Source: Amoebophrya sp. A120 | Lineage: Eukaryota; Protista; Dinoflagellata | Assembly (NCBI GenBank): GCA_905178155.1 | Contig: CAJINV010000001.1 | Coordinates: 8,879,642 to 8,943,641, forward strand | Direction of reading: 5' to 3' | Length of the DNA: 64,000 nt | Shown here: in pieces, positions 61,357 through 64,000 of the stretch | Position numbering within the stretch: position 1 is the first letter of the stretch | How the letters are laid out: every line of letters begins with the position of its first letter | Notes under the pieces: generated by a model | What the model was told of the DNA's origin: nothing | Database searches by the model: none | Seen by the model: the letters and a program-made list of their open reading frames with translations, nothing else | Program-made: the position numbers and the translations under genes

Positions 61357-62412
61357 GTCAAAGTGCTTGGCAAGTTACCCGTGGAATCCTTTTTCCGTTT
61401 CTACGCGACCGAAATCGTGGAGGCGCTTGCGTTCCTGCACAGCCACGGCATCTTGCACCGCGATCTGAAGCTGGAGAACGTGTTACTTGACACCGCAGGG
61501 CACGCCAAAATTTGTGATTTTGGCTGCGCAAAGTTCTTTTTTCGCGACACGACTGCTAGTTTCAAGACTGTCGCGGCGGACCACTCGACCATGCAAGGAG
61601 ACCAAGACGATCTGCCGGTGGGCCGCACGCGCTCGGAAATGGTTGTGTCGCGGAAAAGTTTGATGCCCCCGGAGTACTTTGAAACAGGCGAGTATGGTGC
61701 GGAGCTGGACTCCTGGCAACTGGGACTCATGTTTTACACCATGCTGGAAGGTCGTGGCTTGGACCTTTACGCACCGGAGCTGCAGCGCCCGCTCTCCGTC
61801 GCGACCGAGGCGCGGTCCCTAGTGAACGACCTTCTGGCTCCGGAACACAAGGCCCGGCTTGGCTTTCCGACTGGCGCATCGCTGGTGCAGGCGCACGCGT
61901 TTTTTCAGACTGCACATCAAGGAGGTACAACTACGATTGAACCGGCCCAGTTTTGGAAAGACGTACGGGACCGCACTTGGCGCGAGCCCCCCGACTTGGA
62001 CACGGCAGCGATGGAACGGATCGCCAGTTGGCACTGCGACTGGGGCCGTGACAGCACCTTGGTGGACCCAAATGACGTGGACTTGCTCCCCGTGTCCCGC
62101 TTCTCCACCCGCCTGGGCTCGCTGCGCATGCGCTCGATTTCCACCAGGCGCGACAGTTGCACGGCCGGCGCCAGGGATCCCTTGGGAGCGCTCGTGGCTC
62201 TCGGTTGCGAGTCATCGGACGAGGACCCCGATGAGGAACAATTGTTCGAAAACAAGAAGTTGCTGAAGAAGGAAAATACCACGGAGACAACAGCGCCAGC
62301 TTGCGCCACCTTCGATGCGCCAACGCTGCTGGAAAAGACTCCGGGCCAGCGTGAAACGGCCTGCTCGGTGGCGACGCACGTCTCGCCCGAGGGGAATAAC
62401 AAAACGAATTGA
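60940..62412 (+). CDS. Ser/Thr protein kinase, AGC-like
   Basis: LGSGGFGTV, FAMKVIEK, ERDVL, HRDLKLENVLL, DFG, PPE and DSWQLG. Intronless, 490 aa. Confidence 0.9.
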   Translation: MFKMSLEAASPAAANTCSSTATGSAEMSGGRAPAEHPRRREFRMVCTLGSGGFGTVKLVHARDNEAQCFAMKVIEKSHLLEAKLLDPKIKQRQQTERDVLVACADQRHPSIVQLLEAFQTNRKLYYVYEYCDGGELWDLVKVLGKLPVESFFRFYATEIVEALAFLHSHGILHRDLKLENVLLDTAGHAKICDFGCAKFFFRDTTASFKTVAADHSTMQGDQDDLPVGRTRSEMVVSRKSLMPPEYFETGEYGAELDSWQLGLMFYTMLEGRGLDLYAPELQRPLSVATEARSLVNDLLAPEHKARLGFPTGASLVQAHAFFQTAHQGGTTTIEPAQFWKDVRDRTWREPPDLDTAAMERIASWHCDWGRDSTLVDPNDVDLLPVSRFSTRLGSLRMRSISTRRDSCTAGARDPLGALVALGCESSDEDPDEEQLFENKKLLKKENTTETTAPACATFDAPTLLEKTPGQRETACSVATHVSPEGNNKTN

Positions 62413-63669
62413 TGGGAAGAAAGAGTGTAGTTGATGACTCGAGGTGTCAAAGATGTTTTTGTGCGAACCTAACAAAATATATCGCAAAACGATCAACAAT
62501 AAAAAAGTGAATGAATGACACCAATAAAAAAGTGATTGAAAACATGTGATTCTCCAATTATTTATAGGAAACAAATAAGAACAAAAATTTCCCATGGGGC
62601 CGAGGTTTTTTGCAGGTCGGTGGGTCGCAAACCATACCCGGTAACATCGGGGGCGAAAATTATGGAAATACCTACTTCTATACGATAATCTCTGAATGGA
62701 TCCAACAGATAACTCATCAGACACCACAACAAAAAAACAGAATCCATCATCATTCTCAAATTATCTTCTTCTTCAATATTCCTTGGAAAAAAAAAATAAA
62801 GATCTTGAATCTTTGAAGAATCGAGGGAAAATATCATGGAATTTTGATTGATTCTTATTCATCTCGATCAATTTTGTTTTCTTTTTCTTATCTTTTTCTT
62901 TCATGTCGAGGTCCCAAAATATCTTTTATGCAGATCAATCACCAATTTGCAAATTATCAAGAAAAAGATCCGAAATATAAAGTCATTATTAATTCTTCGA
63001 ATTATTGGATTGATTGGATGGATAAAAAAAAATATGTCATTTTTCATTTCAAAAAACAAAGATAGAAATTTCTTTCGAGATATTCAGAAATATCTTCAAT
63101 GAATTTTTGAATCTCTCTTGTTAATTTGTAAGATTCGAATCTTTATTAATTTGACATCATATTCGAGAACAGAAAGAAAGAAAATCATGATGGAATTCAT
63201 TCTCACAAAAAAATTGATAGGAATGATTCTGATATCTTTATCTTTCGAGAGAATTCGATGATGATGAGAATGAACATGAAGACAGATAATCTCGGAGAAA
63301 TCAGAATAAATCAGGGAGACAAACCCGGGCGACCTAATAGTCCTAATCGACGGACAAAAATTGGCTGAAAACTTTCCGAGCGCAGGAGCAAGACCAAAAA
63401 AGAACGCGCGAACAGACGAGACAAGGAAGGTGGACTCCAAGGCGAGGCCGTTTGGTGGGATGTGGGCCAAAAGAAAAGGAAGACCGCTCCTGTGGTCAAC
63501 AGAATTTCCAAGAACAAAATGGAAAACCCAAAGAGCCAGACGGCGGATCCCAAACACGGCCATCCGAGGCCCCGACATTCTAATTGGACCCCTAAGTTGT
63601 CGGCTAACTTGAAATCCTTGACCCCCCCGGGGTCTTCTAAACTGCGACTGGAATCCAAAAGCCCCCCCT

Positions 63670-63962
63670 TTCTAACCCGTCTTCTAACCGTGTTCTAATT
63701 TTTCCACATGCGTTCTAATTTGTCGTCTAACCGTGTTCTAACTTGCATCCCAATTCACAAAACAGAGGCAAGAATTCCAATGGGATTTCCCTAATGCGAA
63801 TAACATTAGGGAAATCCCATTGGAATTCCTTACCCATGCGGAATTAGGTGCCAGTTAGAACAGGTTAGGATGCAAATTAGACGCGGTTAGATGCATGGTT
63901 AGACGACCCACATTCAACGGTTCGAAAAAATTAGATCACGGTTAGAAATCCAGATTAGAAAA
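63670..63962. mobile_element. MITE/foldback-like element
   Basis: Central hairpin with 25-bp perfect arms (63772-63796 / 63804-63828, 7-nt loop). Outer IR ttctaaccgtgttctaattttt / aaaaattagatcacggttagaa (21/22). Multiple tctaac/gttaga subrepeats in mirror orientation. Confidence 0.7.
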
Positions 63963-64000
63963 AACGGCGTGCCGTTTATCCTCATGTCTATCGCACAGTT

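Overview
Eukaryotic, intron-rich genomic window. All supportable protein genes (about 14) lie on the + strand. GC-rich exons, unidirectional gene order, GC-AG introns and many non-canonical introns suggest a dinoflagellate-lineage alveolate, most likely the parasite Amoebophrya; this is an inference. Recognisable genes are a PUF/Pumilio protein, a DHHC palmitoyltransferase, a kinesin-8-like motor, an RI-type LRR protein, a GT8 glycosyltransferase, a RING-vWA protein and an AGC-like kinase. There is also an ATP-grasp-like protein and several secreted or membrane proteins of unknown function. The main signal is a set of transposon-like non-canonical introns ('introners'). Six 236-411 bp elements start with TAT, end with ATA, carry 25-33 bp terminal inverted repeats (TIRs) and are flanked by perfect 5-bp target-site duplications (TSDs). 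They sit inside coding exons, and removing the element plus one TSD restores the reading frame, including the kinesin P-loop. Five of the six have no usable GT-AG boundary. Two or three decayed relatives are also visible. Other structure includes a 1.26-kb nested-palindrome satellite probably inside a PUF intron, a 1.9-kb repeat-bounded element carrying a 447-bp copy of a gene 18 kb away, several foldback elements, and a 1.04-kb duplication at an N gap that is probably an assembly artefact. All intron models were derived by eye, without RNA data.
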